From: Desulfotomaculum sp.
GTDB lineage: Bacteria; Bacillota; Desulfotomaculia; Desulfotomaculales; Nap2-2B
Reading direction: 5' to 3'
Length of the DNA stretch: 64,000 nucleotides
NCBI GenBank assembly: GCA_003485325.1
Contig: DMZI01000037.1
Span: 16,018-80,017, forward strand
Shown here: one piece after another, positions 10,722 through 21,472 of the stretch
How the letters are laid out: every line of letters begins with the position of its first letter
How positions within the stretch are numbered: position 1 is the stretch's first letter
Position numbers and translations under genes: made by a program
The notes under the pieces: generated by a model
Told to the model about the DNA's origin: nothing
The model's database searches: none
The model's input: the letters and a program-made list of their open reading frames with translations, nothing else

Positions 10722-10858
10722 CAAACCCGGATTCCCTTTCGGCGCTTACGAGGTTAGCTGACGGATTCGGGAAAAGGGAATTCCCTGCCAAAATCGGTTT
10801 CACCCCAATAAAAATCGGTTCCCCCGCTCTCTCTTCATAAGAGATTCGGCGCATTTTT
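10722..10858 (-). promoter_or_regulatory. c-di-AMP riboswitch (ydaO-yuaA class)
   Basis: The minus strand reads CGCCGAAUCUC...AGAGCGGGGGAACC...GGGGUGAAAC...CCCGAAUCCGUCAGCUAACCUCGUAAGCGCCGAAAGGGAAUCC. This carries the hallmark GGGGA-CC, GGGGUGAA and CAGCUAACCUCGUAAGCG blocks of the ydaO motif as I remember it. Confidence 0.85.
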
Positions 10859-11114
10859 AAACTGCAGTATCAATTTTAAAGCAGTCAATACATGGGCATA
10901 CTCCGTTCGCTTGTTTTTATAATCTTAGATAATAATTCAATATCATTTAAGATTGGTTTTTATATTTATGATAAACTGTATTTGTGGCAGAATTACGGAA
11001 CAATTCAATAGACGTATAAAATTATTTTTAGATTGACTACTTCATATATTTTTGCCACAATTCTGACCTATACTATAAATAAGTTAAAAAGGAGACAGAG
11101 ATATCCTTAAAGAG

Positions 11115-11798
11115 GTGGTTACTTTGCAGACTGTTTTTGTTATAGATGATGAAGTGAATATACGGGTATTAATCACTCAGTATCTCCAAAAGGAAGGTTT
11201 TAAGGTAGAAGCTTTCGGCAGTATCGAGGAACTAAACCACCGTTTGAAGGAGAGATATCCAGATATGTTCATCCTGGATATAATGCTGCCCGGACAGGAC
11301 GGCCTGGATTTTTGTCAAAAAATCCGGGAGCACAGCTGGGTTCCGATAATATTTATTTCGGCGCGCCGCCAAGCTTTAGATCGTATTACGGGGCTTGAAA
11401 TAGGCGGGGACGACTATTTGTCAAAACCTTTCAGCCCTCGTGAACTAGTAGCACGTGTGCACTCAGTGCTTCGCCGCACGAAGAATATTCCTAAGACAGG
11501 ACAATACTTTCAAGTTAACAACCTTAAATTGCGTCCCAATGACAGATTGAGCCTGGTCAATGAATGTGAAATTGGTTTGACTAACAGGGAGTTTGACCTG
11601 CTTCTACTGCTTGTTCAGCATCCCCAGCGTACTTTCAACCGTCAAGAGTTGCTGGACAAAATCTGGGGCTATGATTATATGGGATCAGAACGAGCCGTAG
11701 ACGACCTGATCAAACGCTTGCGCAAGAAGTTAAGGAAGAGCGGTTCAAAAACCAATATTCAAACTATATGGGGTTATGGGTACCGACTAGATGGGTAA
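11115..11798 (+). CDS. OmpR-family response regulator
   Basis: Receiver domain (VIDDE...LDIMLPGQDG...SKPF) plus a winged-helix output domain (IWGYGYRL). The start is GTG. Confidence 0.9.
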   Translation: MVTLQTVFVIDDEVNIRVLITQYLQKEGFKVEAFGSIEELNHRLKERYPDMFILDIMLPGQDGLDFCQKIREHSWVPIIFISARRQALDRITGLEIGGDDYLSKPFSPRELVARVHSVLRRTKNIPKTGQYFQVNNLKLRPNDRLSLVNECEIGLTNREFDLLLLLVQHPQRTFNRQELLDKIWGYDYMGSERAVDDLIKRLRKKLRKSGSKTNIQTIWGYGYRLDG

Positions 11799-13191
11799 AC
11801 TGCAAAGCATATCAACTAAAATAGTTATAAGTTATCTGGCTGTGGTGATTTCAACCATACTAGTAACAGCTTTAGCCTTTTATCCAATGTTGATAGAAGT
11901 TTTAGAAAAACGAGCTGAGATTGGTTTAGAAAAGCAGGCCTGGGAAATATCACATGCTATTCTGTCCCGTCAGTCCGGCTTATTAGTAAATGGAGAATAT
12001 GATTTTCCCCTAACCATAATCCTACTAGGCCGATCGGTAGAAAGTGATTTTTTATGTCTTAATACCCAGGATAAAATTGTTTTTAGCAGTAAACCAGAGC
12101 TGTTTTCTTCCGGTCTGTCATTATCTCAGTTGGCGGTAAAGTTACGTAAAGAGGAGACATTTGACAGGAATAAGTCTAATATCTTTAAGAGTGAAAGTTA
12201 TCTAGCGGCTGAAGTGCCTATAAGGTCGTCTGCCGGGTTAGAGGGAACGGTAATGACATTTATAGCTTTCAGCACTTTGCATGCCTTGTACTGGGAGATG
12301 CTGTTATTGTTCTTTGGCTGTTTTTTAATCGCCCTTATAGTCGCCCTTATAATAGCTTTCTTCTTGATTCACTATCTTGTAAGACCTCTAAGAAGGTTGG
12401 AAGAATATGCAAAGGCTGTGGGCAATCGCCAGTTTGATATTCGTTTAGAGACTAAGTCAAATAACGAATTGTCCCAGTTAGCTGCTGCTTTAAACCAGAT
12501 GGCTGATCAGCTGAAAAGCCATGATGAGGGGATGCGCCGCTTTTTTCGGAATGCTTCCCATGAGATGAAAACACCCTTGATGAGCATTAATGGTTACGCT
12601 GAAGGTATTCGTGATGGTATTTTTACCGGTCCAGAGATAGAAAATGCTATCGAAATTATTCATAAAGAAAGCTTACGCATGAGAAACTTAGTAGAAAACA
12701 TGATAGATATTTCCATCCTTGAACAGCCGCATAAGAATTATTTTCTCCCTCATGATCTTTACTATATTATAGAAGAGTGTAGAAGGACTGTCGGCGGTTA
12801 TGCCATGGAAAAGAAAATAGAAATATTATCTTTGGTGCAGAAGAATACTTGGGTCAGCGGTGACTGGGATCAATTGTGCAGTCTTTTGATCAACCTCTTG
12901 TCCAATGGAATTCGTCATGCTAAAAGCTTTGTCAAAGTTAAGTCTCAGACTATTGATATTGAAAATAAGGTACTAATAACAGTACATGATGACGGCGCTG
13001 GTTTTAATACGGAAGATCTAAATCATGCTTTTGAATATTTTTATACCGGCGTAAACGGGGGTTCCGGTCTTGGTCTTCCGATAGTAAAGAAAATCGTCAC
13101 TGAGCATAACGGGCAGGTCAGAATTTATAACTCCAGCCAAGGCGGCGCAATAGTGGAAGTCGTTTTATGGGCGGCAAAGGGTGTGAGTTAA
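11791..13191 (+). CDS. sensor histidine kinase (HAMP-HisKA-HATPase)
   Basis: Two TM helices, a HAMP domain, the H-box FFRNASHEMKTPL, the N-box LLSNGIRHA and the G-box DDGAGF...GGSGLGL. It overlaps the regulator gene by 8 nt. Confidence 0.9.
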   Translation: MGKLQSISTKIVISYLAVVISTILVTALAFYPMLIEVLEKRAEIGLEKQAWEISHAILSRQSGLLVNGEYDFPLTIILLGRSVESDFLCLNTQDKIVFSSKPELFSSGLSLSQLAVKLRKEETFDRNKSNIFKSESYLAAEVPIRSSAGLEGTVMTFIAFSTLHALYWEMLLLFFGCFLIALIVALIIAFFLIHYLVRPLRRLEEYAKAVGNRQFDIRLETKSNNELSQLAAALNQMADQLKSHDEGMRRFFRNASHEMKTPLMSINGYAEGIRDGIFTGPEIENAIEIIHKESLRMRNLVENMIDISILEQPHKNYFLPHDLYYIIEECRRTVGGYAMEKKIEILSLVQKNTWVSGDWDQLCSLLINLLSNGIRHAKSFVKVKSQTIDIENKVLITVHDDGAGFNTEDLNHAFEYFYTGVNGGSGLGLPIVKKIVTEHNGQVRIYNSSQGGAIVEVVLWAAKGVS

Positions 13192-14408
13192 CCGCGGACA
13201 AGTTTTTTCAATAACTGTCCAAAAGTTCTTTTTGCTCCTAAATCCAGGTATGCTTTTTCGAAGCCGTCCGGCGCCGGGATAAAACCAAGAATTTCTTGAT
13301 TTTCCGGGACTGTAGCTGTTCCCCTTTTAAATATCTGATCCTGGCCATGCAAAAATTCTACCTCGCAATAACGTTCTTCCGTTAAAAACATACCCGGCGG
13401 CGTTTCGCTGGAAACTTCCCGGCCGTTTATTGTTAAAATTACATCACCGGAACGGACACCCGCTCTCCAAACAGGCGTATCTACCAAAACATCAAGCACA
13501 CGTAAGCCCTGATCAGTTGGAACGTAAAGCGGCTTACCCTTTAACTCCAGTTCCTTACCAAGAAAAATAACCAGCTCATGCCCTAACGGAGAAAACAAAG
13601 CAGCAATAAAGGCAGCCGTCCGCATATCCTGAGACAGAAAACTCAAAAACAACAGTATAACACTGTAAATTCCCAGGTACAGTGCTGATAATCTGCTCTT
13701 TTGATTCGGATTATGGGAGATGGCCAAATCTCCGTATCCCAGGCAGGCTACAACAGGAATAAGTCCATAAGCCAAATATCCCGGTCCTCCTGAAAAAGAG
13801 GTTTTCAGAAGGGGCCACCAGCCAGGCATACTGTCAAAGCTGATCGGGTTACCTGCTATAGATAACACTGCTATAGGAATCGGCCATATTTTCTGTAAAT
13901 TAAATCCACCGACCAGACGCCCGTCCGGAGTCCTGAAATAGGCGGGGACAGCCCCGAGATGGCCGCTTACCAGGATAAGCACACTTTCAACCATGTGTAA
14001 AACGGCGACAAGGGCTAAAACCTGGGCTATGTTCAAGGAAGGAAAACCAAAAATAAGGTTAGCCAGGGTAAGTATTCCGCCTGCATAAGCAAAGCATAAA
14101 AAACGGGGGTTGATCAACATTAACAGGACGGCAATCGGCCACAGGTAAAGAAGGCTGGAACCATTAAGGCTTAAACCAACCGTGACAATCAGCATACTGC
14201 CAACCAGCCCGCCTATGATTCCATATGCCATTGCGGTAAGTATATCCGGCCAAACCCTTTTTGTAACAACGCCAAACAAGCTGTCCCTTGCCGCAGCCAT
14301 GTGCCTGTACTGCAAAGCTACCAGGCCAACGACGAGCCAGAAAACCCACTCAGTAAAAACATTGGCTAAAGAAGCCATTATCTGCCATAGATTATTTATT
14401 AAAAACAA
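13188..14408 (-). CDS. polytopic membrane protein with C-terminal PDZ domain (MinJ-like)
   Basis: Many TM helices followed by a PDZ domain (LRVLDVLVDTPVWRAGVRSGDVILTINGREV). It sits beside ctp and ftsEX, as in the Bacillus subtilis minJ...ctpB-ftsX-ftsE neighbourhood (from memory). Confidence 0.55.
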   Translation of the reverse strand: MFLINNLWQIMASLANVFTEWVFWLVVGLVALQYRHMAAARDSLFGVVTKRVWPDILTAMAYGIIGGLVGSMLIVTVGLSLNGSSLLYLWPIAVLLMLINPRFLCFAYAGGILTLANLIFGFPSLNIAQVLALVAVLHMVESVLILVSGHLGAVPAYFRTPDGRLVGGFNLQKIWPIPIAVLSIAGNPISFDSMPGWWPLLKTSFSGGPGYLAYGLIPVVACLGYGDLAISHNPNQKSRLSALYLGIYSVILLFLSFLSQDMRTAAFIAALFSPLGHELVIFLGKELELKGKPLYVPTDQGLRVLDVLVDTPVWRAGVRSGDVILTINGREVSSETPPGMFLTEERYCEVEFLHGQDQIFKRGTATVPENQEILGFIPAPDGFEKAYLDLGAKRTFGQLLKKLVRG

Positions 14409-14446
14409 CTTGTCACTGCCTTTGTTATTTTTTACTCTTCTTAAGA

Positions 14447-15628
14447 TCAGGCCGCCTCTTTTAACATCTCTTCCAGAATTTCGACTGCTTTTTGAAGCTG
14501 CGTGTCTTTTCCAACAAGCTTTGAACTATGCTCAATGTATAAATCGGGAACGATTCCTTTTTTATCAATATCATGTTTGGAAGGTGTCAGATAACGGGCT
14601 GTAGTCAACTTTACACCGGCGCCGTCACCAAGTGTAAAAATCTCCTGGACAACACCTTTTCCAAAGGTCTTTTCACCGATCAGGAACCCTGCTTTCCTGT
14701 CTTTTATCGCTCCGGCCAGAATCTCCGCCGCGCTGGCGCTCATCTTGTTAACCAATACTACTATGGGCATTTTAAGGTTATGTCCTTCCACAGAATAAGT
14801 CTCATCTTTTCCAAAACGGTAGTCAATATAAACAACCGGCCCCTTCGGTACAAAGTACTCAGCTACCTTTACTGTAGACCTGAGTTCGCCTCCCGGATTA
14901 TCCCTGAGATCCAGGATTAGACCGTTCATATCCTGCTTCTTCAGCCGTTCCAGGATATTTTTTACTTCCTGGGGCGTACCTTCGGTAAACTGGGCTATTG
15001 AGATATATCCTGTTTTTGTTTGAGGCAACAGATAACCTTCGGCGGTAGGCACATTAATTTTTCCTCTTGTTATTTCAAATACTCTTTCGTCAAAAACACC
15101 TGCCCTTTTTACAGTAAGCTTAACATTCGTATTAACCGGCCCCTTGATTAAGCCTACGGCTGTCTCCAGATCCATATTTTTTGTGTCACGGTCGCCAATT
15201 TTTGTGATGATGTCCCCTTCAACAATGCCTGCTTTTCTGGCCGGCGTCCCAGTGTATGAACGCACGACTACAAGATAGCCGTCTTTCATACCGACAAGAA
15301 TACCCAGACCGTCTATTGTCCCTTTTATTTGCTCCTGAAGGATCTTTGAAAGCATGTCAGAATCAAGGTAAACCGAGTATGGATCATCCAAAGAATCAAC
15401 AAGGCCGCGTATTGCTCCATCAACAAGAGTCGTTGTTTTAACAGGTTCAAGATAACGGGCGCCGACAAGTGAAATTACCTTGAACAGATTTCCCATATGG
15501 TTGTAATTCGCAACAACAACAGCAACGGCGCCGGCTGCAAAGAGCAGGATTAAAAAAGCAAAAATAACCAACCCCCGCGAAAACCAGTTGTCATTATAAT
15601 CCCTCTGAGATAATCGGCCCATAAACAA
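14447..15628 (-). CDS. S41 carboxy-terminal processing peptidase (CtpA/CtpB family)
   Basis: N-terminal TM anchor, a PDZ domain and the S41 catalytic region (LVNKMSASAAEILAGAIKD...GKGVVQ). Confidence 0.9.
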   Translation of the reverse strand: MFMGRLSQRDYNDNWFSRGLVIFAFLILLFAAGAVAVVVANYNHMGNLFKVISLVGARYLEPVKTTTLVDGAIRGLVDSLDDPYSVYLDSDMLSKILQEQIKGTIDGLGILVGMKDGYLVVVRSYTGTPARKAGIVEGDIITKIGDRDTKNMDLETAVGLIKGPVNTNVKLTVKRAGVFDERVFEITRGKINVPTAEGYLLPQTKTGYISIAQFTEGTPQEVKNILERLKKQDMNGLILDLRDNPGGELRSTVKVAEYFVPKGPVVYIDYRFGKDETYSVEGHNLKMPIVVLVNKMSASAAEILAGAIKDRKAGFLIGEKTFGKGVVQEIFTLGDGAGVKLTTARYLTPSKHDIDKKGIVPDLYIEHSSKLVGKDTQLQKAVEILEEMLKEAA

Positions 15629-15767
15629 CCTCCAGCAAATTAATTTTCAAAAACATGTTATTATAATATACCTGCGGACAGGATTTAAAAACCCAAAAAA
15701 AACAAAATTGCAGGAGATGATCTCCTGCCTTGAATTGACTTTTATTCCTTTTATTCAATTTACGCTC

Positions 15768-16901
15768 TTACACATAAGATAAAGGATTTACCGGCTTTCC
15801 ATTGACCATAATAATAAAATGCAGATGCGGCCCCGTTGACATTCCCGTGCTTCCTACTCTTGCTATGGCCTGCCCTTTTTTAACATTCTGGCCTGTGGAG
15901 ACCAGCTGGGAGGACAGGTGAGCATACATTGAAGTAACGCCATTACCGTGATCCAGCATGACAATTTTGCCGTAACCGCTCATAGAGCCAACATTGATTA
16001 CTGTCCCGTCCTGGGTGGCCACAACTTTTACACCATTGGGAGCAGGAATATCTATTCCGTCATGAAAACGCACGACATGTAAAATTGGGTGCATACGGTT
16101 GCCGAAACCCGAAGAAACGCGTGTGTATCCGGGAAGCGGCCAGGTAAAACTTCCGCTGCCCTTTGCCTCTCCGCCCTTTGAATTTTGCAGGGCGATCTTT
16201 TCGATAATTTCCCTTTCCTGAGCTTCCAGACGGTCAATCTCATCCTCATGGCGGCTTAACTCCGACCGCGCTGAGACGACCAATTCCCTTTGAGCAAGCT
16301 GATCCTTATTTAACTCATTTCGTGCGGCAACCTGTCTTTGCAAAAGAGTAGTTATCAGCAAGCGCTTATCCTCCAAAGCCGACTTCCTGTTTTGAACTTC
16401 CTCTTTTTGATTCCGCACCTCGCTCACTATTTTAGCGTCATGCCCCACAATTGCTTTCAGCAGTTCATACCGGACAATAAAATCCCCAAAACTTTTTGAG
16501 TCCAACAGTACCTCGAGATAGCTAATCCGGCCGAAAAGGTAAATATTATACAGCCTGCCGCTCAGTTGGGATTTGCTCCTGACCAGGCTTTCTTCGGCTT
16601 TCTTTAAATCTTTTTCGGCTTTTGTCAGATCGGTCGTAGCAATAGACAAAGAGGTGTTTAAATCCGAGATTTGTTCTTCTTTATTATTAATTGACCTGTT
16701 TATTGAAGAAAGACGGCTTACGTAATTATTAACTGCTTTCTTTTCCTCTTTTACCTCCTGCTTTTTGACTGAAAGCTTGTCTCTTGTCTCTTTCAGCATT
16801 TCTTCAAGGCTTTTCCCTTCTGCATAGCTCACAAAAGAACCTACGAAAAAAAGCATTGTGAGAATTAAAACCAGCTTTTTAACAAGTTTTCTGGATAACA
16901 T
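15768..16901 (-). CDS. M23 peptidase with N-terminal coiled coil (EnvC/PcsB-like FtsEX partner)
   Basis: Signal/TM segment, a long coiled coil and a C-terminal LytM domain ([10 protein letters not shown]...[12 protein letters not shown]). Confidence 0.85.
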   Translation of the reverse strand: MLSRKLVKKLVLILTMLFFVGSFVSYAEGKSLEEMLKETRDKLSVKKQEVKEEKKAVNNYVSRLSSINRSINNKEEQISDLNTSLSIATTDLTKAEKDLKKAEESLVRSKSQLSGRLYNIYLFGRISYLEVLLDSKSFGDFIVRYELLKAIVGHDAKIVSEVRNQKEEVQNRKSALEDKRLLITTLLQRQVAARNELNKDQLAQRELVVSARSELSRHEDEIDRLEAQEREIIEKIALQNSKGGEAKGSGSFTWPLPGYTRVSSGFGNRMHPILHVVRFHDGIDIPAPNGVKVVATQDGTVINVGSMSGYGKIVMLDHGNGVTSMYAHLSSQLVSTGQNVKKGQAIARVGSTGMSTGPHLHFIIMVNGKPVNPLSYV

Positions 16902-16922
16902 TTGGATCTCCTATAAAAACTG

Positions 16923-17807
16923 CTAAACTTTCAAGAACCTGTGCACGGAAATCGAACTGCCCGCAGCGCCGATAAGCAGTCCTAAAACCAACAATCCCAA
17001 ATAAACAGGCGCCAGCTTGTCCATTTGTCCTACAATAGGAAGAAAAGGCATCGTAACGGCTATCTTATCGATAATAATCGTATACACTAAATATACGATT
17101 ATCGAGGCCAGCAGGGCGCCGGAAAACCCTAAAACCACTCCTTCCAGCAAAAATGGAAAACGTACAAACCAGTTAGTGGCACCAAGAAATTTCATAATTC
17201 CAATCTCTTTTCTCCGGGAAAAAACTGAAACGCGAATCGTTGTAGAAATAAGAAATACAGCCGCCAACCCAAGAACTACGACACTTGTCAGGCTCGTTAT
17301 TCTTATCCAGCGTGTTACGATAAGCAGTCTTTCCACTACCTCCTGGCCGTAGATTACATTGCTGACACCATTGAATTTATATATGTTTGCAGCTACCTGA
17401 GGCGCCAACTCGACACTTTTAGTTTTTACCCTGAATGAATCGGGAAGCGGGTTTTCATCTAAATTTTCCGTAATATCTTTTTCGTTGCCTAAACTGGTCA
17501 GCATATTTTCCAAAGCCTTTTCCCTGGAAACAAACTCTACTTCAGAAACCCCGGGCAGGAATTTTAGCTGTTCTTTTAAATGGTTGATTTCACTCTTGTT
17601 CAGGTTGCTTTCCAGGAAGACATTAATTTCAAGCATAGACTCAAGGGTATTTATAAATGCGCTGGTATTTATGGCAGCCAGCAGGAAACAGCCAAGGATA
17701 AACAAAGACACCGTCACTACGCCTACCGAGGCAAGTGACAGCCAGTTATTGCGGACAAGGGAATTAACGGCTTCTTTAAAATAATAACCTGCGGCGCTAT
17801 GCCCCAT
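16923..17807 (-). CDS. ftsX: cell division permease-like protein FtsX
   Basis: 294 aa with four TM helices, an extracellular loop domain and the typical FtsX C-terminus. It overlaps ftsE by 11 nt. Confidence 0.9.
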   Translation of the reverse strand: MGHSAAGYYFKEAVNSLVRNNWLSLASVGVVTVSLFILGCFLLAAINTSAFINTLESMLEINVFLESNLNKSEINHLKEQLKFLPGVSEVEFVSREKALENMLTSLGNEKDITENLDENPLPDSFRVKTKSVELAPQVAANIYKFNGVSNVIYGQEVVERLLIVTRWIRITSLTSVVVLGLAAVFLISTTIRVSVFSRRKEIGIMKFLGATNWFVRFPFLLEGVVLGFSGALLASIIVYLVYTIIIDKIAVTMPFLPIVGQMDKLAPVYLGLLVLGLLIGAAGSSISVHRFLKV

Positions 17808-18492
17808 GACCGTAAACCCCGCTTTCCTCGTCCCTCACTACTTTGCCGCCGGACAAGGCAACCACTCTTTTTTTCATTGAATCTACTATATCCCAGGCAT
17901 GCGTGGCCATAATTATGGTTGTTCCCCGGCCATTTATTTCCTGAAAAAGCTTCATCAATTCGCGGGAAGTACCGGGATCTAAATTGCCGGTGGGCTCATC
18001 AGCAATTAATAACAAAGGGTTATTGACAATTGCACGGGCTATGCATGCCCTCTGCTGCTCTCCTCCGGAAAGCTGCTCGGGATACATTTTTGCTTTCCCC
18101 TCCAAACCAACTACTTTCAGCGCTTCCGGCGCCAGTTTCTTTATCCAGTGATTTGAAGCGCCTGTAACCTGTAATGCAAAAGCAACATTATCATAGATGG
18201 TCCTTTGGGGAAGCAGGCGGAAATCCTGAAAAACCATACCTATCTTTCTGCGGTGGAAGGGGATTTCCCCCGGGCGTAAGCGGACAACATTTTTCCCGTT
18301 GAAGACGATCTGCCCGCGGGTTGGCAAATCTTCCCGAAAGATAAGCCTGGTCAGGGTAGTTTTACCTGCTCCGCTTGGGCCGACAAGAAAAATAAATTCA
18401 CCTTTTTTTATATGGAGAGTTACATTGTTTAAAGCTACCGAATTATTCTTATATATCTTGGTAACGTTATAAAAACGAACCACTACGCACAC
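17797..18492 (-). CDS. ftsE: cell division ATP-binding protein FtsE
   Basis: Walker A GPSGAGKTT, signature LSGGEQQR and Walker B LLIADEPTGNLD. The start is GTG, and an alternative GTG at 18483 has a better SD. Confidence 0.9.
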   Translation of the reverse strand: MCVVVRFYNVTKIYKNNSVALNNVTLHIKKGEFIFLVGPSGAGKTTLTRLIFREDLPTRGQIVFNGKNVVRLRPGEIPFHRRKIGMVFQDFRLLPQRTIYDNVAFALQVTGASNHWIKKLAPEALKVVGLEGKAKMYPEQLSGGEQQRACIARAIVNNPLLLIADEPTGNLDPGTSRELMKLFQEINGRGTTIIMATHAWDIVDSMKKRVVALSGGKVVRDEESGVYGHGA

Positions 18493-18576
18493 CCCATGAT
18501 GTTAACTGATAAATAATACACTTCTTAAAAGATAATTCGACATGAAATACGGAAATCCTTTTCTAAAAAACCCAAA

Positions 18577-18975
18577 TTATTGCAGCTTTGCAGGGAGGAA
18601 CTTGCCCTCGGCAGTAACGGCCTGCTTTTCGTCAGGCAAGGTTATCGCGGCCGAAAGTTTGCAAAGCCTTCTGCTGCTGTCCGTTTCCCGCGCCTCTATG
18701 AGAAGTTTTTCACCTATGGAAACCGGCAGACTGAAACTGATTTTCATTTCCGCCGTCACGGCAATTTTATTTTGACTCCAGAGCAGCTGGCCCATAGCCT
18801 CGTCCAAAAGCGTGGAAATCAAGCCGCCGTGCATCAAACCGTTCCGCCCCTGGTGATTTTCACCCGCCGTAAAATAAGCCCGGCAAACATTGTCCTGCAA
18901 TTTGAATTCCACGTGAAAGCCATTCGGATTGGAAGAGCTGCAGGCAATGCATAAATTATTTCTCCGGTCTTCCAT
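18577..18975 (-). CDS. PaaI-family hotdog thioesterase
   Basis: 132 aa with NPNGFHVEF...HGGLISTLLDEAMG, typical of PaaI/4HBT thioesterases. Confidence 0.7.
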   Translation of the reverse strand: MEDRRNNLCIACSSSNPNGFHVEFKLQDNVCRAYFTAGENHQGRNGLMHGGLISTLLDEAMGQLLWSQNKIAVTAEMKISFSLPVSIGEKLLIEARETDSSRRLCKLSAAITLPDEKQAVTAEGKFLPAKLQ

Positions 18976-19047
18976 TTCTTCACCCTTACAAATTTTAACA
19001 GCCGGGTTGCCCCGGCTGTTAATTTACTTTAGTTTAGCTTAAATTAT

Positions 19048-21072
19048 CTAACGGGTTATGTTGTAAACCAAAGGTACGATCAGTAAAGCAACGATGTTGA
19101 CAACCTTAATCATCGGGTTGATCGCCGGACCTGCCGTATCCTTCAAGGGGTCGCCCACTGTGTCGCCGGTTACCGCCGCAGCGTGAGCCATAGACCCTTT
19201 ACCGCCGTATAAACCATCTTCAATGGCCTTCTTGGCGTTGTCCCAGGCGCCGCCTCCCGCAGTCTGGAAGATAGCCAGGAACAAACCGGTGATGATTGTG
19301 CCCAGAAGCATTCCGCCGAGGGCTTCCCTGCCAAGGGCAAACCCTACAATTAGCGGGGCCAGGATAGGTACAAGGGCGGGCACGATCATTTCTTTCAAAG
19401 CCCTGGCGGTAACGATATCAACGCAACGTCCGTATTCGGGACGCGCTTTGCCTTCCATCAATCCCTTTATCTCACGGAACTGGCGGCGCACTTCAATAAC
19501 AACTTCACTTGCGGCACGGCCAACAGCGCCGATTGCAAATGCGGAGAACAGGAAAGGCAGGGCGCCGCCGATCAGCAGGCCTGCAAGCACATACGGGTTG
19601 TTGATTGAGAAACTGACTTCCTGCCCGGATAACTGTGCCAACTGATGGGTATAATCGGCAAAGAGAACGATGGCCGCCAAGCCTGCGGAACCGATTGCGT
19701 AACCCTTGGTTACAGCCTTGGTGGTATTGCCAACGGCGTCGAGAGGATCAGTAATTGCGCGTATTTCCGGGGGTAGCTCGGCCATCTCGGCAATGCCGCC
19801 GCCGTTGTCAGTGATCGGACCGTAGGAATCAATGGCCACTACGATACCGGTCATGGAAAGCATGGCCATGGAAGCAATGGCGATACCATACAGTCCGCCC
19901 CCTGCTCCGGCGCCTACGCCGGCGCCAACGCCGTAAGATACTAAAATACCGATTACAATTACGAAAGCGGGTATTACACTCGCCTCCATAGCAACAGAAA
20001 GTCCGGTAATAATGTTCGTGCCGTGCCCTGATTGCGAAGCTTCGGCAATTGACTTAACCGGACGGAAGGCTTTAGAAGTATAGTAGTCTGTAATATAAAC
20101 CATCAGCATGGTTATTACTATCCCTACCAGAGCAGGCCAGAAATAGCCAGCTGCAGGAGCGAACGATTTAGTAAACCAGAAACCAATCAGTGCAAGAATA
20201 GCTGACGCCCAGAGCCCCTTGTAAAGAGCTCCCATGATATTCTGGTTGCCGCCCATACGAACGAAAAAGCTCCCGATAATCGAGGCAATGATAGCTACAG
20301 CGCCAAGGATGATCGGGTAAGCCACCGCGATAGGGTTATCGGGGAACACGAGGTGACCCAGCAGCATTGCGCCTATTGCAGTCACAGCATAGGTTTCAAA
20401 TAAGTCTGCGGCCATACCGGCGCAGTCGCCGACGTTGTCTCCCACGTTGTCAGCGATAACAGCGGGGTTCCGGGGATCGTCCTCGGGAATGCCCGCTTCA
20501 ACTTTACCGACCAGGTCGGCGCCCACATCTGCGCTCTTGGTATAAATACCTCCGCCAAGACGTGCGAACACGCTGATCAAGCTGCCTCCAAAACCCATTC
20601 CAACTAAAGAAACCGGATCATTAAACATAAGGAACAATCCTGAAATACCCAGTAACGCAAGGCTCACGCAGATCATGCCGGTTACCGAACCGCCCCTGAA
20701 AGCGACAACCAGCGCATAGCCTATACCGGATTTGGCGGCTTCCGCGACACGGGTGTTGGCGCGGGTGCTGACGATCATACCAACGTAACCGCATAAACCT
20801 GAAAAGATAGCTCCTATAATAAATCCAACAGCTGTTTGCATACCCAAACCGATCCATAGTAAAACGGCCACAATTACGCCGACTATGGCGATTGTCCTGT
20901 ACTGACGGCTTAAATAAGCCATCGCGCCTTCCTGAATGGCGCCGGAGATTTCCTGCATCCGCTGGGAACCTGCCGGTCTGCCGAGTACCCACGAAATAAG
21001 AAAGATTGCAAATAAAATACCAATTATAGAGGCAATAATACCCAACCATGAAATAGATGCTAAACTAGCCAA
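19048..21072 (-). CDS. hppA: membrane-bound pyrophosphate-energised cation pump
   Basis: 674 aa with about 16 TM helices and the motifs [29 protein letters not shown] and [11 protein letters not shown]. Confidence 0.95.
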   Translation of the reverse strand: MASLASISWLGIIASIIGILFAIFLISWVLGRPAGSQRMQEISGAIQEGAMAYLSRQYRTIAIVGVIVAVLLWIGLGMQTAVGFIIGAIFSGLCGYVGMIVSTRANTRVAEAAKSGIGYALVVAFRGGSVTGMICVSLALLGISGLFLMFNDPVSLVGMGFGGSLISVFARLGGGIYTKSADVGADLVGKVEAGIPEDDPRNPAVIADNVGDNVGDCAGMAADLFETYAVTAIGAMLLGHLVFPDNPIAVAYPIILGAVAIIASIIGSFFVRMGGNQNIMGALYKGLWASAILALIGFWFTKSFAPAAGYFWPALVGIVITMLMVYITDYYTSKAFRPVKSIAEASQSGHGTNIITGLSVAMEASVIPAFVIVIGILVSYGVGAGVGAGAGGGLYGIAIASMAMLSMTGIVVAIDSYGPITDNGGGIAEMAELPPEIRAITDPLDAVGNTTKAVTKGYAIGSAGLAAIVLFADYTHQLAQLSGQEVSFSINNPYVLAGLLIGGALPFLFSAFAIGAVGRAASEVVIEVRRQFREIKGLMEGKARPEYGRCVDIVTARALKEMIVPALVPILAPLIVGFALGREALGGMLLGTIITGLFLAIFQTAGGGAWDNAKKAIEDGLYGGKGSMAHAAAVTGDTVGDPLKDTAGPAINPMIKVVNIVALLIVPLVYNITR

Positions 21073-21244
21073 TGCATTTCACCTGGTTTTTAAAAACCCG
21101 ATCCAAGATCAGGCGCCTCTGACCAGGCTTTTCAAGCTCCTTTCTGCATCAGATTTGTCCCTTATCCCTGTTAGCAAAAGGATACAATGGGATGGAACTG
21201 ATTAATAAAATAATGAGGCTGTTTGAAAAACTTTCTCTCCCCGC

Positions 21245-21472
21245 TTATTGCCAGAATCCCAGCAAAAGAGAGGTGATCCCGAATAAAACGGCCACAACTG
21301 TCGTAACCTTGCCCAGCAACTCGTCCAATCCCTTCTTTTTACCAAAAAGGGCTTCCGCGCCACCGGTAATGGCCCCGGAAAGTCCCGCGCTCCTTCCCGA
21401 CTGCAGTAACACCGCAGCAATCAATATCAGGGCAACGAGTATATGAACAACAGTTACCAGGCCTTTTACCAT
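21245..21472 (-). CDS. secG: preprotein translocase subunit SecG
   Basis: 75 aa with two TM helices and the motif LLQSGRSAGLSGAITGG. Confidence 0.85.
   Translation of the reverse strand: MVKGLVTVVHILVALILIAAVLLQSGRSAGLSGAITGGAEALFGKKKGLDELLGKVTTVVAVLFGITSLLLGFWQ

Noticed and set aside
18997-19020. A perfect 10-bp hairpin (AACAGCCGGG-ttgc-CCCGGCTGTT) lies between hppA and the thioesterase gene.
   Set aside because: There is no U-tract on the hppA (minus) strand and only a weak one on the plus strand. It may be a processing or attenuation structure but cannot be called a terminator from sequence alone.
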